A DNA stretch of 63,973 bases, the filler included. It is 12 parts of 12 records of this genome, joined end to end, with 100 filler letters (N's around TTAATTAATTAA, not from the genome) between each part and the next. Parts side by side here need not be neighbours in the genome. Positions count along the whole stretch, not along the records: positions 14,879 to 25,272 come from SRR9188676_3365; positions 25,373 to 28,997 come from SRR9188676_3467; positions 29,098 to 47,361 come from SRR9188676_3472; 9 more parts are not named here. One strand, given 5' to 3'. Below, piece by piece: positions 23,633-34,455 of this stretch (within the stretch, counting starts at the first letter, position 1; the number at the start of each line of letters is the position of its first letter). The position numbers were made by a program, and so were the translations under genes. A model generated the notes under the pieces. The model ran no database searches, was not told the origin of the DNA, and was given only the letters and a program-made list of their open reading frames with translations.

Positions 23633-25159
23633 ATGATAAAGAAATTAATAACATTACTTGTTTTGGCGACAGCCCTTGCAAGTTGTAGTGATGATTTTGT
23701 GCTACAAACAGATCCAAATTCAGTAGCCGCTTCAGATTATTTCCGTACAGATAACGATGTCCTTCAAGCGGTAAATGGCGTGTATCAATCGCTTCGTGGT
23801 GGAAATAATATTGGTGAAAATAGCGGACTTTACACCGACGAGCGTTCTGATGATGCAGGTAGAAATGATAACCAATCGAATGCTGGAGAACCTTTCCAAT
23901 TCAATGATTTTTCGATTTTACCAAGTAATACTTATTTAAAAAGTCACTGGCTTTCATTGTATCAAACCATTGCACGTTGTAATCAGGTTACTTCAAACAT
24001 TGATAAAGTAACTTTTACTACACCAGCAAATAAGGGAATTTACAATGCAGAAGTGAAATTTGTTCGTGCCATGATTTACTTTCATTTGGTAAGAAAATGG
24101 GGAGATGTGCCATTGGTTACAAAGCAATTAAATTCAACCGACGATGTAATTGCGAATACTTTCCGTGAGAAAAAAGAGAAAGTTTACGAACAAATTATTG
24201 CTGATTTGAAAGAAGCAGTAGCCAGTGGTTTACCGAATCATCAACCTGTTACAGAAAAAGGTAGAGTATCAAAAGCGGCAGCTAATGCTTTGTTAGGACA
24301 AGTATATTTAACGATGGCAACTACTTTAGACCAAGCCAATCGTGCTAGTAATTTAGCGAATGCAAAAACATATTTGACGGCTGCTTATAACATGAAAACC
24401 TTTACAGATTTAAAGGATATTCCATATACTGATGTATTTGATGTGACTAAAAAATCGACGAATGCAGAAATCATTTTCCAGATTGTTAACAAACAAGGCG
24501 ATATCACCTATTCATCTTCAATCGCTGCGAATAATCAAGCGAAAGGTGAAACAACGAATTCACTAAAACCAAGTAATGGCGTAGGCGGAAATGTAAAACA
24601 AGATTTAGTGAAAGAATACGAAATCAATGATTTACGCAAGGATTTCTCGATAAAATATGCGAATGATGCTACCGTAAAAGATTGGTACATTACTAAATTC
24701 AGAGATGTAAGTGCTTTGGCAAGTGCAAATGGTTATGGCGGAAATGATTGGCCTTTAATCAGATATGCTGATGTGATTTTGATGTTGGCAGAAGTAAATA
24801 TGTATTTGGGCGATGAAACGACTGCAATTCAATTCTTGAACCAAGTGCGTGAAAGAGCTAAATTACCTACTTATGAAGTGATGAAAAATAATACAGAATA
24901 TGCTACAAAGTATCCAACGTTGAAATTGGCAATTCTTCATGAACGAAGAGTTGAATTAGCTTTTGAACACCACCGTTGGTTTGATTTACTTCGTTTCTTT
25001 ACACCAACAGAATTGGTTACTTATATTCAAAGTAAGTCACAGTCAGACTATGGAACAGCTAAAGTTTCCAACTTTGGTTTGAAAGATTATCTTTTCCCAA
25101 TTCCATTTGATGAATACAAATTGAATCCAGAGAAAATGTATCAGAATACTGGTTATTAG
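23633..25159 (+). CDS. susD: SusD/RagB surface lipoprotein
   Basis: LASC lipobox; YFHLVRKWGDVPL, IRYADVILMLAE, ERRVELAFEHHRWFDLLR, QNTGY end; directly follows susC. Confidence 0.95.
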   Translation: MIKKLITLLVLATALASCSDDFVLQTDPNSVAASDYFRTDNDVLQAVNGVYQSLRGGNNIGENSGLYTDERSDDAGRNDNQSNAGEPFQFNDFSILPSNTYLKSHWLSLYQTIARCNQVTSNIDKVTFTTPANKGIYNAEVKFVRAMIYFHLVRKWGDVPLVTKQLNSTDDVIANTFREKKEKVYEQIIADLKEAVASGLPNHQPVTEKGRVSKAAANALLGQVYLTMATTLDQANRASNLANAKTYLTAAYNMKTFTDLKDIPYTDVFDVTKKSTNAEIIFQIVNKQGDITYSSSIAANNQAKGETTNSLKPSNGVGGNVKQDLVKEYEINDLRKDFSIKYANDATVKDWYITKFRDVSALASANGYGGNDWPLIRYADVILMLAEVNMYLGDETTAIQFLNQVRERAKLPTYEVMKNNTEYATKYPTLKLAILHERRVELAFEHHRWFDLLRFFTPTELVTYIQSKSQSDYGTAKVSNFGLKDYLFPIPFDEYKLNPEKMYQNTGY

Positions 25160-25244
25160 AAAAAAGTATAAAGAGGCATCCTGAATTTCTATTTATAATA
25201 AAGCGTTTCCGAAGATTATTGAAGTTTTAAATTTATTCTTGCCC

Positions 25245-25272
25245 TTACTTTTTGCCTTGATGCAAAAAGTAA
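25245..25272. repeat. Perfect 11-bp hairpin (REP-like or terminator) at the contig break
   Basis: TTACTTTTTGC-CTTGAT-GCAAAAAGTAA; the contig ends exactly at the arm. Confidence 0.6.
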
Positions 25273-26243
25273 NNNNNNNNNNNNNNNNNNNNNNNNNNNN
25301 NNNNNNNNNNNNNNNNTTAATTAATTAANNNNNNNNNNNNNNNNNNNNNNNNNNNNNNNNNNNNNNNNNNNNTTTTAGTGGGAATATTTTTGGCTGTGCC
25401 CCGTAGATACGCCTAGAAGAAGTACGTAAGTGGATCGAACATCATCAGGAATAATAGATAGTTGCATTTTTCTAAATTTTTCACTGTAGTGTTGAGATCT
25501 TAAAATGCACTTCCACAAAAAGTTCGGCATTAGCGGCATGTCGGTTCCCCATAATCAAGAGCGACAACAGCTTTATTTGCTGTGATGAATTTCTTTTTTC
25601 GGATTCTACAATTAAGCGGCACGGTATTCAAACGAAAAAATTAATAACTTGATGTCTCAGATTGTGTTTTTCTCGCGGCTCCAGACACAGCTCCAAAAAA
25701 GGAGAATTTGGAAAAAGTTAATTGGATATTTTGCCAGAGAAAGCGCAGAATATTTGTGAAGCAGGTTGTGGATGCCCGGGAAAGAGAAGACCTATACTCT
25801 ATTCCCTCTCAAAAGTTTAGCAGCCCACACACATTTATCATCACAGTCTTGCCTTGACTCTCTCTTCTATTTTTGTGAATGTGCATGATTATAAATATAA
25901 TCACCACCAGAGGCTCGAACTGACGATGATCGCATGGGTCTCGCGTAAGAGCAAGAATGATGCTGTGTGTGTGATGCTGTCAGATTGATTGCATGGTAGC
26001 ATCTGAGAACCTCAGAGGTGGAAAAAAGAGATACAATCACACACATGTAGGAATCAAATTCTCTCGAATGCGTGTATTCCTTAATTATCCATACACAGTG
26101 TGAAGAAAATCGAAGTGTACACTCGTATATGTGGTGTTCACAAAAATGAGACCGAATAAAAGTACTCGGTGGGGTAATTATAGCTCTCTCTAGACTCTCC
26201 AAGTGAGATTTATAATGTATGTGGTGGGAGGGGGGGGACATAC

Positions 26244-27350
26244 CTTGAATTTCGAGGTAGTAGCGTCGTTTCTCCTCGCTAACCTTGAACAGGCGGGCTT
26301 TCAGAGTCTGGGCAACTGGCGTACCGGATTCTGGGATATAGAGAAAAAGGGAGAAAGGTTCAGAACCTACAACATGCCAACAGAGACAATACATAAGGGT
26401 ACATACCAATAGCGTCTTTGACATTCTTTCGGTCCTCAGCATTGAAATTGAGTTCTTTGTGCTTGGCAGTGTCGCGTTGGACGTGCCCAAAAAAATTCGT
26501 GAGGGTATTGAACCCGTGAAGTGTCGCCTCATGTCCACACAACGGGCAAATGATCTCGATACCTTAACACATAATCATCGCAGCCCAATGCCTTCTTGAA
26601 CATCTCCCTTCGCTTTTTCAGGACTGCCCGAGCATCCTTGTCCAAGGACGCCGCGAAAGCATCTCGTGAGGGTTCATCACGCGCGGTCTTCCATCTAAAA
26701 TAATATAGCACCGCGAGAGGGGAGAGACATCATGGTGTGTTGTGAGACATAGGGATGAGGAAAGACAATGAATGCAAGAGGATTGAAATATTGACGCACT
26801 TTGCGAGCAGGTCTTGTGACGCTTTGAAGCCAGCGACGCTCGGTCGACTGTTGGTCGATGCATTTAAGAATGCTGTGACGACGGAGATCCAGGGGAAAGT
26901 GGAGCAGCAGGTGATGAACCACCAGTTCCTTCATTCTCGGTGCCACTATTCGAGTCATTGTCCATTTGGCCATAAGTTCTTTTAGAACCGCGCAATGCTG
27001 GTGGCTGGCTCTCTCTCACAGGACTGTCCTTCGGTCTATAGGGATTTGACAGAGGAGATTGTGACAATCGGAGCTTGGATCTGATGAACAGATAGAAAAT
27101 ACCTTGAAAACAGATGCATGTCACCGGACTTGCATTTCTTTAAGAATCTCGTCCAATGATGTCCGTTGACAATTGCAAATCGATCACCGTCCACGCGATC
27201 AGAGTACTCGAGATCGAATTTTGAAGCGTCATTGTCCAGCAAGACACCTTTGGCATTCTCTAGGCCATCCACAGGAAGATCTTGAGGGTCCTCTTCGGTT
27301 ATTCGGTCCCGATGATGAAAGATGAATCCTTTATCTTGAGAGGAAGTCAT
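26244..27350 (-). pseudogene. Disrupted spliced gene with a C2H2-like zinc finger
   Basis: Exon-like blocks with GT-AG borders and the motif ICPLCGHEATLHGFNTLTNFFGHVQRDTAKH. No stop-free model was found: ORFs 26864-27124, 26618-26863 and 26360-26542 share one frame broken by TAA/TGA/TAA, and an alternative model needs two frameshifts. Confidence 0.45.
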
Positions 27351-27521
27351 ATGCAGCTGTCAAGCTAATTGTTTTTCGCGATCAAGAATCACATCAACCA
27401 ATCGAGTCGGCCGACTCGGAGACTGGAGGAAGTGTTGAGAAAGGGATGTTTATTCGAAAAACCTAAATTCTCCATAAACCGAGACAAAAAACAAAAAAAT
27501 ACGGGGAAGAAAAGAACCACA

Positions 27522-28584
27522 TTAGTGAGGGTCAGAGTCAGAGCTGTCAGAGTCAGGTTTAAAAAGATCCACACGTCCGATGTCCTTGAAATATTTCTTG
27601 AAACGCTTCGGACTCGGTCCCATATAGACCACGACATGGCCGTACGGGGACTGGCCCCGTTCTCCACTTTCACTCTCAAAGGAGTACTGATCATACAGAG
27701 TGCACATGTGATGGTTGAGCAGAATGGTCTTGAACCACTTATATCCGGCAGCAGCCTTAATGAGCAGAACGGCGGCCGTAAAGTGCCCCTTTGCGAACTC
27801 GCTTTCGGCTTTAGCTATGAATAATCCTTGAATACTCACATTATTTAGAGTCCCGTACGGCGGATTCAAGAACACTCGTGGGGTAGGTCTCGTGGTTGAG
27901 CCCCAATCACATGCTAATCCGTTCTGTTCCTCTGTGATATACTGGACTGCGTCTACTCGCGTGTTCGCTTCGTCATCGCTGGCTGGGTCCAAATCGATCC
28001 TGCCGCCCAGCACTCTCCTGGCCTTGTCAAGCAGGATGTCAGGTGTGTACCACTTGTTTGACTGCACATCAAGATTACATCCATATATTTTTTCCAGAAT
28101 GATTGTCCCAAATAAGCAAGAGCTGCACCCTGAGAGTGCGATTAAAAAGTTAATCTCGACTTACATTCGAAGAAAGAAACACGTCTCGACGGTGCTGGGA
28201 CAGACAATAGTCTACTTGATCTTTTCCAATTTGAGTTGCCTGCAGAAGATACTCTGAAATCTCTGCAAGCTTGTTCCTGGACCAATCTTTGCCATATAAT
28301 GGTCTGATGACCCATTCTGTGATCTCACTCATTCTGCTTTCGAGCCCAATTTCTATACAGAATTGCACAGCTTTCATCAGTCTGCGTGCATGTTTAAGTT
28401 TCAAAAAATTGGTTTTGGTTATCCATTCATCCATCGATTTCATGCCATCGAGAAGAAAAAGTTCCTTATCCCTGATATTCAACAAAATCTGACCCGCAAC
28501 TAGATTACTTCTCACTTTCAGTTCTTTCAGTGTCTCCTTCATCTCCTTGAATTCTGCCTTTCTCGAACTCATGCTTGCCATCAT
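27522..28584 (-). CDS. ParB-like HTH + phage-type Dam DNA N6-adenine methyltransferase fusion, 2 exons (319 aa)
   Basis: Exon 1 28584-28165, intron 28164-28062 (GTAAGT...GTGCAG, phase 0), exon 2 28061-27522. Splicing restores VFLSSN|SNKWYTP, followed by IDLDPAS, EQNGL..DW, VFLNPPYG, AVLLI and KWF (PF05869-type Dam motifs). Exon 1 has GQILLNIRDKELF...SMDEWI...HARRLMKA...EWVIRPL, a ParB-type HTH pattern. Confidence 0.88.
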
Positions 28585-29097
28585 TGTTTGTTTACAGATC
28601 CTGTTGTTCTGGAAGTTCCGTCACCTCAAAGGAACGAAATTTCGAGAAGGAGGATCAGAGTCGGTCGACTCGATTGATTGATGTGGTTTGCGTCCATCCC
28701 CTGCGAAAAATCTCTATTTTTAACGCAACGTTCTCGCCAAGGAATCGCCAAGGAACCAAGGTCGGAACATTTCTCTGATTTAACTTTTCTTTGAAATCAT
28801 CTCTTTTTATGTGTAGAGAGAGCCGTTCCGTTTCCGTGATTCGTCCCGACCCCCTCAATGTGCGAATCTTCCCTGGGAATAAACTGAGGGTGTGCCCGAT
28901 CAGTTTCCTATCATGTTTCCTCTCTCCACATGTTCTCGAATTCTACACCCTTCAATCCGACTGCATTTGATCTCATTCTATCTCTTTTCTCCCAGTGNNN
29001 NNNNNNNNNNNNNNNNNNNNNNNNNNNNNNNNNNNNNNNNNTTAATTAATTAANNNNNNNNNNNNNNNNNNNNNNNNNNNNNNNNNNNNNNNNNNNN

Positions 29098-29127
29098 CGG
29101 TCGAAAAACTAATTTCGACCGCTTTTT
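29098..29127 (+). terminator. Intrinsic terminator hairpin
   Basis: CGGTCGAAA-AACTAA-TTTCGACCG followed by CTTTTT; lies just downstream of the minus-strand iorB-like gene. Confidence 0.7.
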
Positions 29128-29205
29128 ATGATTGTAAAATTTGGAATGGCTCATGTGCACTAATTTTAATATCAGAAGCTTTTAGTCCATTCGCTAATTA
29201 TTGAC

Positions 29206-31452
29206 TTACAATTTTGTTCCTTCAACAGTAAATGGCTGATTGTAATACCTTTTGCCCGTAGATTTATACAAAGCATTCGCTACTGCACCAAATACAGGAG
29301 GGAAGGGAGGTTCGCCAAGCCCAGTTGGGTCAATGTCGTTTTGTACAAAATGTACGTCAATTTTTTTAGGAGCTTCATTATGACGAATAATGCGGTAATT
29401 ATGGAAATTACTTTGTTCTGCCGCACCGTCTTTATGCGTTAAAGCGCCATAAAATGAATTGCCAATGCCGTCAACTACTGCACCTTGTACCATATTGATT
29501 GCCGCATCAGGGTTTACGACAACGCCACAATCTATAGCACTGGTTACTCTTTCAACATAAGGCTGACCGTCACGAATCACCATATCAACCACATGACCTG
29601 CATAAGAAGCATGGCAGAAGTAAGCGGCTACACCTCGTTTTTTTCCACTATTTTCTGGTTTGCCCCAGCCAGATTTTTCTCTGAGTAATTCCAATACGCC
29701 TGCATATCTATCAGCGTCATATTCATTGTTTTTGCCTACTGGATTTTCTTTAGCACGTTTCAACAAATCAAGACGGAAGGCGATTGGGTCTTTGCCCATA
29801 GCTTCTGCTACTTCATCCAAGAAAGATTGTTCTGCGGCTGCATTAAAGTTGGAACGAGGTGCACGGAATGCACCAATGGTAATATTAGAAGGAATTTCCC
29901 AGCCTTCGGCTAAGTAATTGTCAACAGCACCAGCAGGGAAACGATTGGCATGAATAGGGTTTTCAGGAATACCACCGCCTTTTACATGAAACGCAATCAG
30001 ATTTTTATTTGCGTCTAAAGCCGCACGGTAAGTAGCCGTGTACATCGGGCGATAGATTCCGTAACTCATATCGTCTTCACGAGTGTAAATCAATTTTATC
30101 GGTGCTTTCAATCTTTGAGAGATGCGAGCTGCCTCATATACATATTGTGCGTAAGCTCTACGTCCAAAACCACCGCCCATACGAGTCATCTGAATTTCGA
30201 TTTTATCAGCAGGTAAATTCAAAATTTTTGAAAGCGTAGGCTCCATCCAACCGGGTGCTTGTATTGGTCCAGCTACCAAAGCCTTACCTTCTGAAACATG
30301 GGCAAAGAAATTCATTGGCTCCATGGTATTGTGTGCCAAAAACGGAGCATTATAAGTACGTTCGATAATCTGAGCAGCATTTTTAAAAGCCGTTTCTGGG
30401 TCGCCATCTTTTCTTAATTGCTGTGCAGGTTTTTTGGCGTATTCAGCCATTAATTCCATTTGGCTACTTGTTGTTTCTAACCTTCCCGGAACGGTTACTT
30501 CTCTTTTACCGCCTCGTCCCATCATGGTTTCTTTTATATCGCCAGCAGCTTCCCATTGTACTTTTATTTTTTTACGGGCGTTCATTACTTCCCAAGTAGA
30601 TTTGCCTACAATGGCAATCATTTCGTTGAAAGTACGAGTATCAAAACCCGCTTGTTCAAAACCATCGTCGTATAATTTAAAGCTAAAAATATCTTTAATG
30701 CCCGACATTTTTAGGGCTTGCGAAGCATCGAAAGATTTTAATTTCATACCAAATGCAGGCGGATGCTGAATCATGGCAATCAGCATTCCTTCCACATGAT
30801 AATCAATTCCGAAGAGTGGCTTACCTGTAACTACTTTTAATCCTTCAGTATTTTTCTTTGAATTTCTTACAATCGAAAAGTCTTTTGGAGCTTTCAATTT
30901 CACATCTTTCGGAACGGGAATGGTAGCCGCTTTATTCGCCATTTCACCATACTTCGCAGATTTACCACTTGAATGTGATAAAACGCCCGCTTTCGTCGTG
31001 ATTTCACTGGCAGGAACGCCCCACGTTTGAGCCGCCGCTTCAATAAGCATTTGTCTTGCCGATGCTCCTGCGTTTCTCAAAGGCTTCCAGTACATTCTTA
31101 CTGAGTTACTACCGCCAGTAAATTGTGCCCCTAATTTCACGCTATCGTGTGGACCCATTTCTACGACTACATTCTTCCAATCTACGTCTAATTCCTCTGC
31201 CACCATCATCGGTAGCGAAGTCATTACATTCTGACCAAATTCTGGGTTTGGACATATAATTTTGATAACATTATCAGGAGTAATTTTAATATATCCGTTG
31301 AGTTCATTCCATTGTTCAGGCAAATTCATCGCAGCCATTTTGTCGGCGGTTTGAGCATTTGCGAGCCAACTGAAACTCAGCATTAATCCACCGCCTGCAA
31401 GAACGGAAGACTTTAAGAACGAACGACGATTTTGTGTATTTGTATTTTCCAT
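29206..31452 (-). CDS. iorB: Xanthine dehydrogenase family molybdopterin-binding subunit (IorB-like), copy 1
   Basis: RRSFLK twin-arginine-like motif, EFGQNVMTSLPMMVAEELD, RMGGGFGRR, DCGVVVNPD, GLGEPPFPPV. ATG taken at 31452. Confidence 0.9.
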   Translation of the reverse strand: MENTNTQNRRSFLKSSVLAGGGLMLSFSWLANAQTADKMAAMNLPEQWNELNGYIKITPDNVIKIICPNPEFGQNVMTSLPMMVAEELDVDWKNVVVEMGPHDSVKLGAQFTGGSNSVRMYWKPLRNAGASARQMLIEAAAQTWGVPASEITTKAGVLSHSSGKSAKYGEMANKAATIPVPKDVKLKAPKDFSIVRNSKKNTEGLKVVTGKPLFGIDYHVEGMLIAMIQHPPAFGMKLKSFDASQALKMSGIKDIFSFKLYDDGFEQAGFDTRTFNEMIAIVGKSTWEVMNARKKIKVQWEAAGDIKETMMGRGGKREVTVPGRLETTSSQMELMAEYAKKPAQQLRKDGDPETAFKNAAQIIERTYNAPFLAHNTMEPMNFFAHVSEGKALVAGPIQAPGWMEPTLSKILNLPADKIEIQMTRMGGGFGRRAYAQYVYEAARISQRLKAPIKLIYTREDDMSYGIYRPMYTATYRAALDANKNLIAFHVKGGGIPENPIHANRFPAGAVDNYLAEGWEIPSNITIGAFRAPRSNFNAAAEQSFLDEVAEAMGKDPIAFRLDLLKRAKENPVGKNNEYDADRYAGVLELLREKSGWGKPENSGKKRGVAAYFCHASYAGHVVDMVIRDGQPYVERVTSAIDCGVVVNPDAAINMVQGAVVDGIGNSFYGALTHKDGAAEQSNFHNYRIIRHNEAPKKIDVHFVQNDIDPTGLGEPPFPPVFGAVANALYKSTGKRYYNQPFTVEGTKL

Positions 31453-31474
31453 TTCCAATCAGGTTTAAGGTTAA

Positions 31475-31930
31475 TTACTTTTTTGCAGCAGCTTTAATCG
31501 CCTCTTTGATACGCAAGTAAGTACCACAACGACAAATATTCCCGCTCATATAGTTATCAATATCTTCATCGGAAGGATTTGGATTTTCTTTCAATAAAGC
31601 CGTAGCACTCATGATTTGTCCAGCCTGACAATAGCCACATTGAGCCACGTCGTGTTCAATCCAAGCTTTTTGTACTGGGTGAGTTCCGTTGGCAGATAAG
31701 CCCTCGATAGTAGTAATCGCTTGTTTACCCACTGCAGATACTGGCAAACTACAAGAACGAACAGCAGTGCCATTCAAATGAACAGTACAAGCACCACACA
31801 TTGCCATTCCGCAACCAAATTTAGTTCCCGGCATATTAAGATGATCTCTTAAAACCCAAAGAACTGGCGTTGATGGGTCAACATCTACTAGTTGTGTTTT
31901 CCCGTTTATTTTTAGAGAATATTTTGCCAT
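31475..31930 (-). CDS. iorA: (2Fe-2S)-binding subunit (IorA/CoxS-like)
   Basis: [37 protein letters not shown]. Confidence 0.95.
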   Translation of the reverse strand: MAKYSLKINGKTQLVDVDPSTPVLWVLRDHLNMPGTKFGCGMAMCGACTVHLNGTAVRSCSLPVSAVGKQAITTIEGLSANGTHPVQKAWIEHDVAQCGYCQAGQIMSATALLKENPNPSDEDIDNYMSGNICRCGTYLRIKEAIKAAAKK

Positions 31931-32041
31931 AATGTTGTATTAATTTTATTTAAAACTGAATGAAGATATATAAATAAACTCATTTAAAATAATATTTTTC
32001 TGATAAACCCCATGGTTTTTAAATACTAATTTCTTCAGAAT

Positions 32042-34285
32042 TTACAAGTTGTCGCTAAAAGGTTGATTGTAAAAACGCTTGCCCGTTGCTTTGTATAAGG
32101 CATTTGCCAAAGCCGCATACACTGGCGGATAAGCAGGTTCGCCCATACCCGAAGGGTCGAGTGTATTTTTTACAAAATGTACTTCTATTTGTTTGGGGGC
32201 TTCATTGTGGCGAATCATACGATAATTGTGAAAATTATTCGCATCTGGAACGCCTTTCGTCAATGTCATTTTTCCATACATGGCTGCTCCAAGAGCATCC
32301 ACAATTCCACCCTCAGCCATATTTTTAGCAGCATCGGGGTTGATAACAATACCGCAATCAATTGCACACCATACTTTATTGATAACGGGCGTGCCGTCTT
32401 TTATTTCTAAATCAAGAACATGAGCAGCATAAGAATCATGACAGAAATAGGCTGAAAAGCCTAATTTTTTGGTTGCTTTGATACTTTCCCAATTGGCTTT
32501 TTCTTTGACTAATTCTAATACTTTAGCAAAACGTTCTGGTTCATATTCATTGTTTTTGCCTACTGGTTTTTCTTTGGCTCTATTCAATAAAGCTAAACGA
32601 AAAGCAATTGGGTCTTTTCCTGCTGCTTCGGCCACTTCATCCAAAAATGATTGTTCTGCCGCTGCCATAAAATTAGAACGTGGTGCTCGGTACGAACCCA
32701 CTGTAATATTTGAATCAATCGTAAAATCTTCTGCTAAATAATTATCGACTGCCCCAGCAGGAAAACGATTGGGATATAAAGGAGATTCGGGCGTTCCACC
32801 TGCTTTTACATGAAAAGCGATTAGATTATTGTCGGCATCTAATGCCGCCCGAAAATATGCTGAATACGTAGAGCGATAGATTCCCGAAGTCATATCGTCT
32901 TCACGAGTATAAAGTAATTTTACGGGTGCTTTTACTTTTTGTGAAATCAAAGCGGCTTCTATCAACCAATGGGCGTAAGAACGGCGACCAAAACCACCGC
33001 CCAAGCGAGTCATTTTAATATCTATTTTCTCTAAAGGCATTCCCAGACGAGCCGAAAGGGCTTGTTCTGTAAATTCAGGTTTTTGTAATGGACCAGAAAG
33101 TTCGGCTTTTTCATCCGTCACATGGGCAAAGAAATTCATAGGTTCCATGCAATTATGTGCAAGATATGGTGCGTTATAAGTACGCTCTATGGTTTTTGGG
33201 GCACTTTTAAAAGCCGTTTCTACATCACCATCTTTGCGACGAACTGTAGCTGATTGAGCCATTCGTTCAGCCAATTTAGTTTTATGTTCAATCGTGTCTT
33301 CTAAGCCAGCAGGAATTTTCTCAACTACTTTTCTACCCAACATATTACGGTTTTGGGTATAACTTTCTATGGGTTGCCAATCTATTTTCAAGGCTTTTTT
33401 TGCTTGCATTACTTCCCAAGTACTGTTGCCGACAACTGCGACTACTTCGTTGAAAGTGGTAGTATCAAAAAAAGTTTTTTCGTAGCCTTCATTGAAAATT
33501 TTAATTGGGAAAACAGCCTTAACGCCCTTCATTTTGCTAATGACAGCTTCGTTTTGTATCGACTTAAATTTCAAACCAAAAGCAGGTGGATGCACTATCA
33601 TGGCGATTTGCATTCCCTTAACTTGGGTATCAATACCGAATAAGGGTTTGCCTGTTACGATTTTCTTTAAATCAACATTACCTTGACTTTTCCCAATAAT
33701 TTTGAAATCTGGAATGCTTTTTAACTTTACCTCTTTCGGAACAGGAATTTGTGCCGCAGCCGTTGCCATCTCTCCATAGTTGGCTGATTTTCCTGAATTT
33801 TTATGATACAAAACACCCGATTCAGTACTTATCTCATCCACAGGAACATTCCATTGTTTGGCAGCAGCTTCCTTAAGCATTTGGCGAGCCGTAGCACCAG
33901 CCAAGCGTAGCGGTTGCCAGCTTAAATGTATCGCCTGACTTCCTCCAATAAATTGTCGAGTAAAATGTTTGGTATCTAAATCTGCTTGTTCGATAATGAT
34001 TTTAGAAAAATCAACGTCTAATTCTTCTGCCACAATCATCGGCATTGACGTTTTTACACCTTGCCCGCCTTCGGGATTGGGCGACATGATTTTGATGACA
34101 TTATCGGCAGTAATTTTTACAAAGCCATTGAGTTCATTCCAACCAACAGGTAAGACTGTGTTTTTCTTTGGTCCAATCGTTTTAAAACTTGAAAAACCAA
34201 CAATACTTAGCATCAATCCACCGCCTGAAAGGGCAGATGCTTTTAGAAATGAACGACGACTATGAGTTGTTTTTGATGTTTCCAT
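32042..34285 (-). CDS. iorB: Xanthine dehydrogenase family molybdopterin-binding subunit (IorB-like), copy 2
   Basis: SRRSFLK, EGGQGVKTSMPMIVAEELD, RLGGGFGRR, GMGEPAYPPV; clear paralog of 29206-31452. Confidence 0.9.
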   Translation of the reverse strand: METSKTTHSRRSFLKASALSGGGLMLSIVGFSSFKTIGPKKNTVLPVGWNELNGFVKITADNVIKIMSPNPEGGQGVKTSMPMIVAEELDVDFSKIIIEQADLDTKHFTRQFIGGSQAIHLSWQPLRLAGATARQMLKEAAAKQWNVPVDEISTESGVLYHKNSGKSANYGEMATAAAQIPVPKEVKLKSIPDFKIIGKSQGNVDLKKIVTGKPLFGIDTQVKGMQIAMIVHPPAFGLKFKSIQNEAVISKMKGVKAVFPIKIFNEGYEKTFFDTTTFNEVVAVVGNSTWEVMQAKKALKIDWQPIESYTQNRNMLGRKVVEKIPAGLEDTIEHKTKLAERMAQSATVRRKDGDVETAFKSAPKTIERTYNAPYLAHNCMEPMNFFAHVTDEKAELSGPLQKPEFTEQALSARLGMPLEKIDIKMTRLGGGFGRRSYAHWLIEAALISQKVKAPVKLLYTREDDMTSGIYRSTYSAYFRAALDADNNLIAFHVKAGGTPESPLYPNRFPAGAVDNYLAEDFTIDSNITVGSYRAPRSNFMAAAEQSFLDEVAEAAGKDPIAFRLALLNRAKEKPVGKNNEYEPERFAKVLELVKEKANWESIKATKKLGFSAYFCHDSYAAHVLDLEIKDGTPVINKVWCAIDCGIVINPDAAKNMAEGGIVDALGAAMYGKMTLTKGVPDANNFHNYRMIRHNEAPKQIEVHFVKNTLDPSGMGEPAYPPVYAALANALYKATGKRFYNQPFSDNL

Positions 34286-34455
34286 GTTCGGGTTGAGATA
34301 TTAAATAATACTCTATTTTACTACCAAATGATGCCTTGCGTTTGGATTTTGAAAAGCTAAATTTTCGTCAAATATATCCTTGTGTTTGAACAAGAAGATG
34401 AATTAAAGATAATTTTAGACCAACATCAATATATTCCCACCAACGACAATAATCT

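Noticed and set aside
26360..27124. Stop-codon reassignment explaining the in-frame TAA/TGA codons
   Set aside because: Other eukaryotic genes here terminate at TAA/TAG and show no in-frame stops in conserved regions; local decay or sequence error is simpler.
27522..28067. Stand-alone prophage Dam gene
   Set aside because: The ORF's GTG start lies inside an intron acceptor, neighbours are spliced and no phage genes are present.
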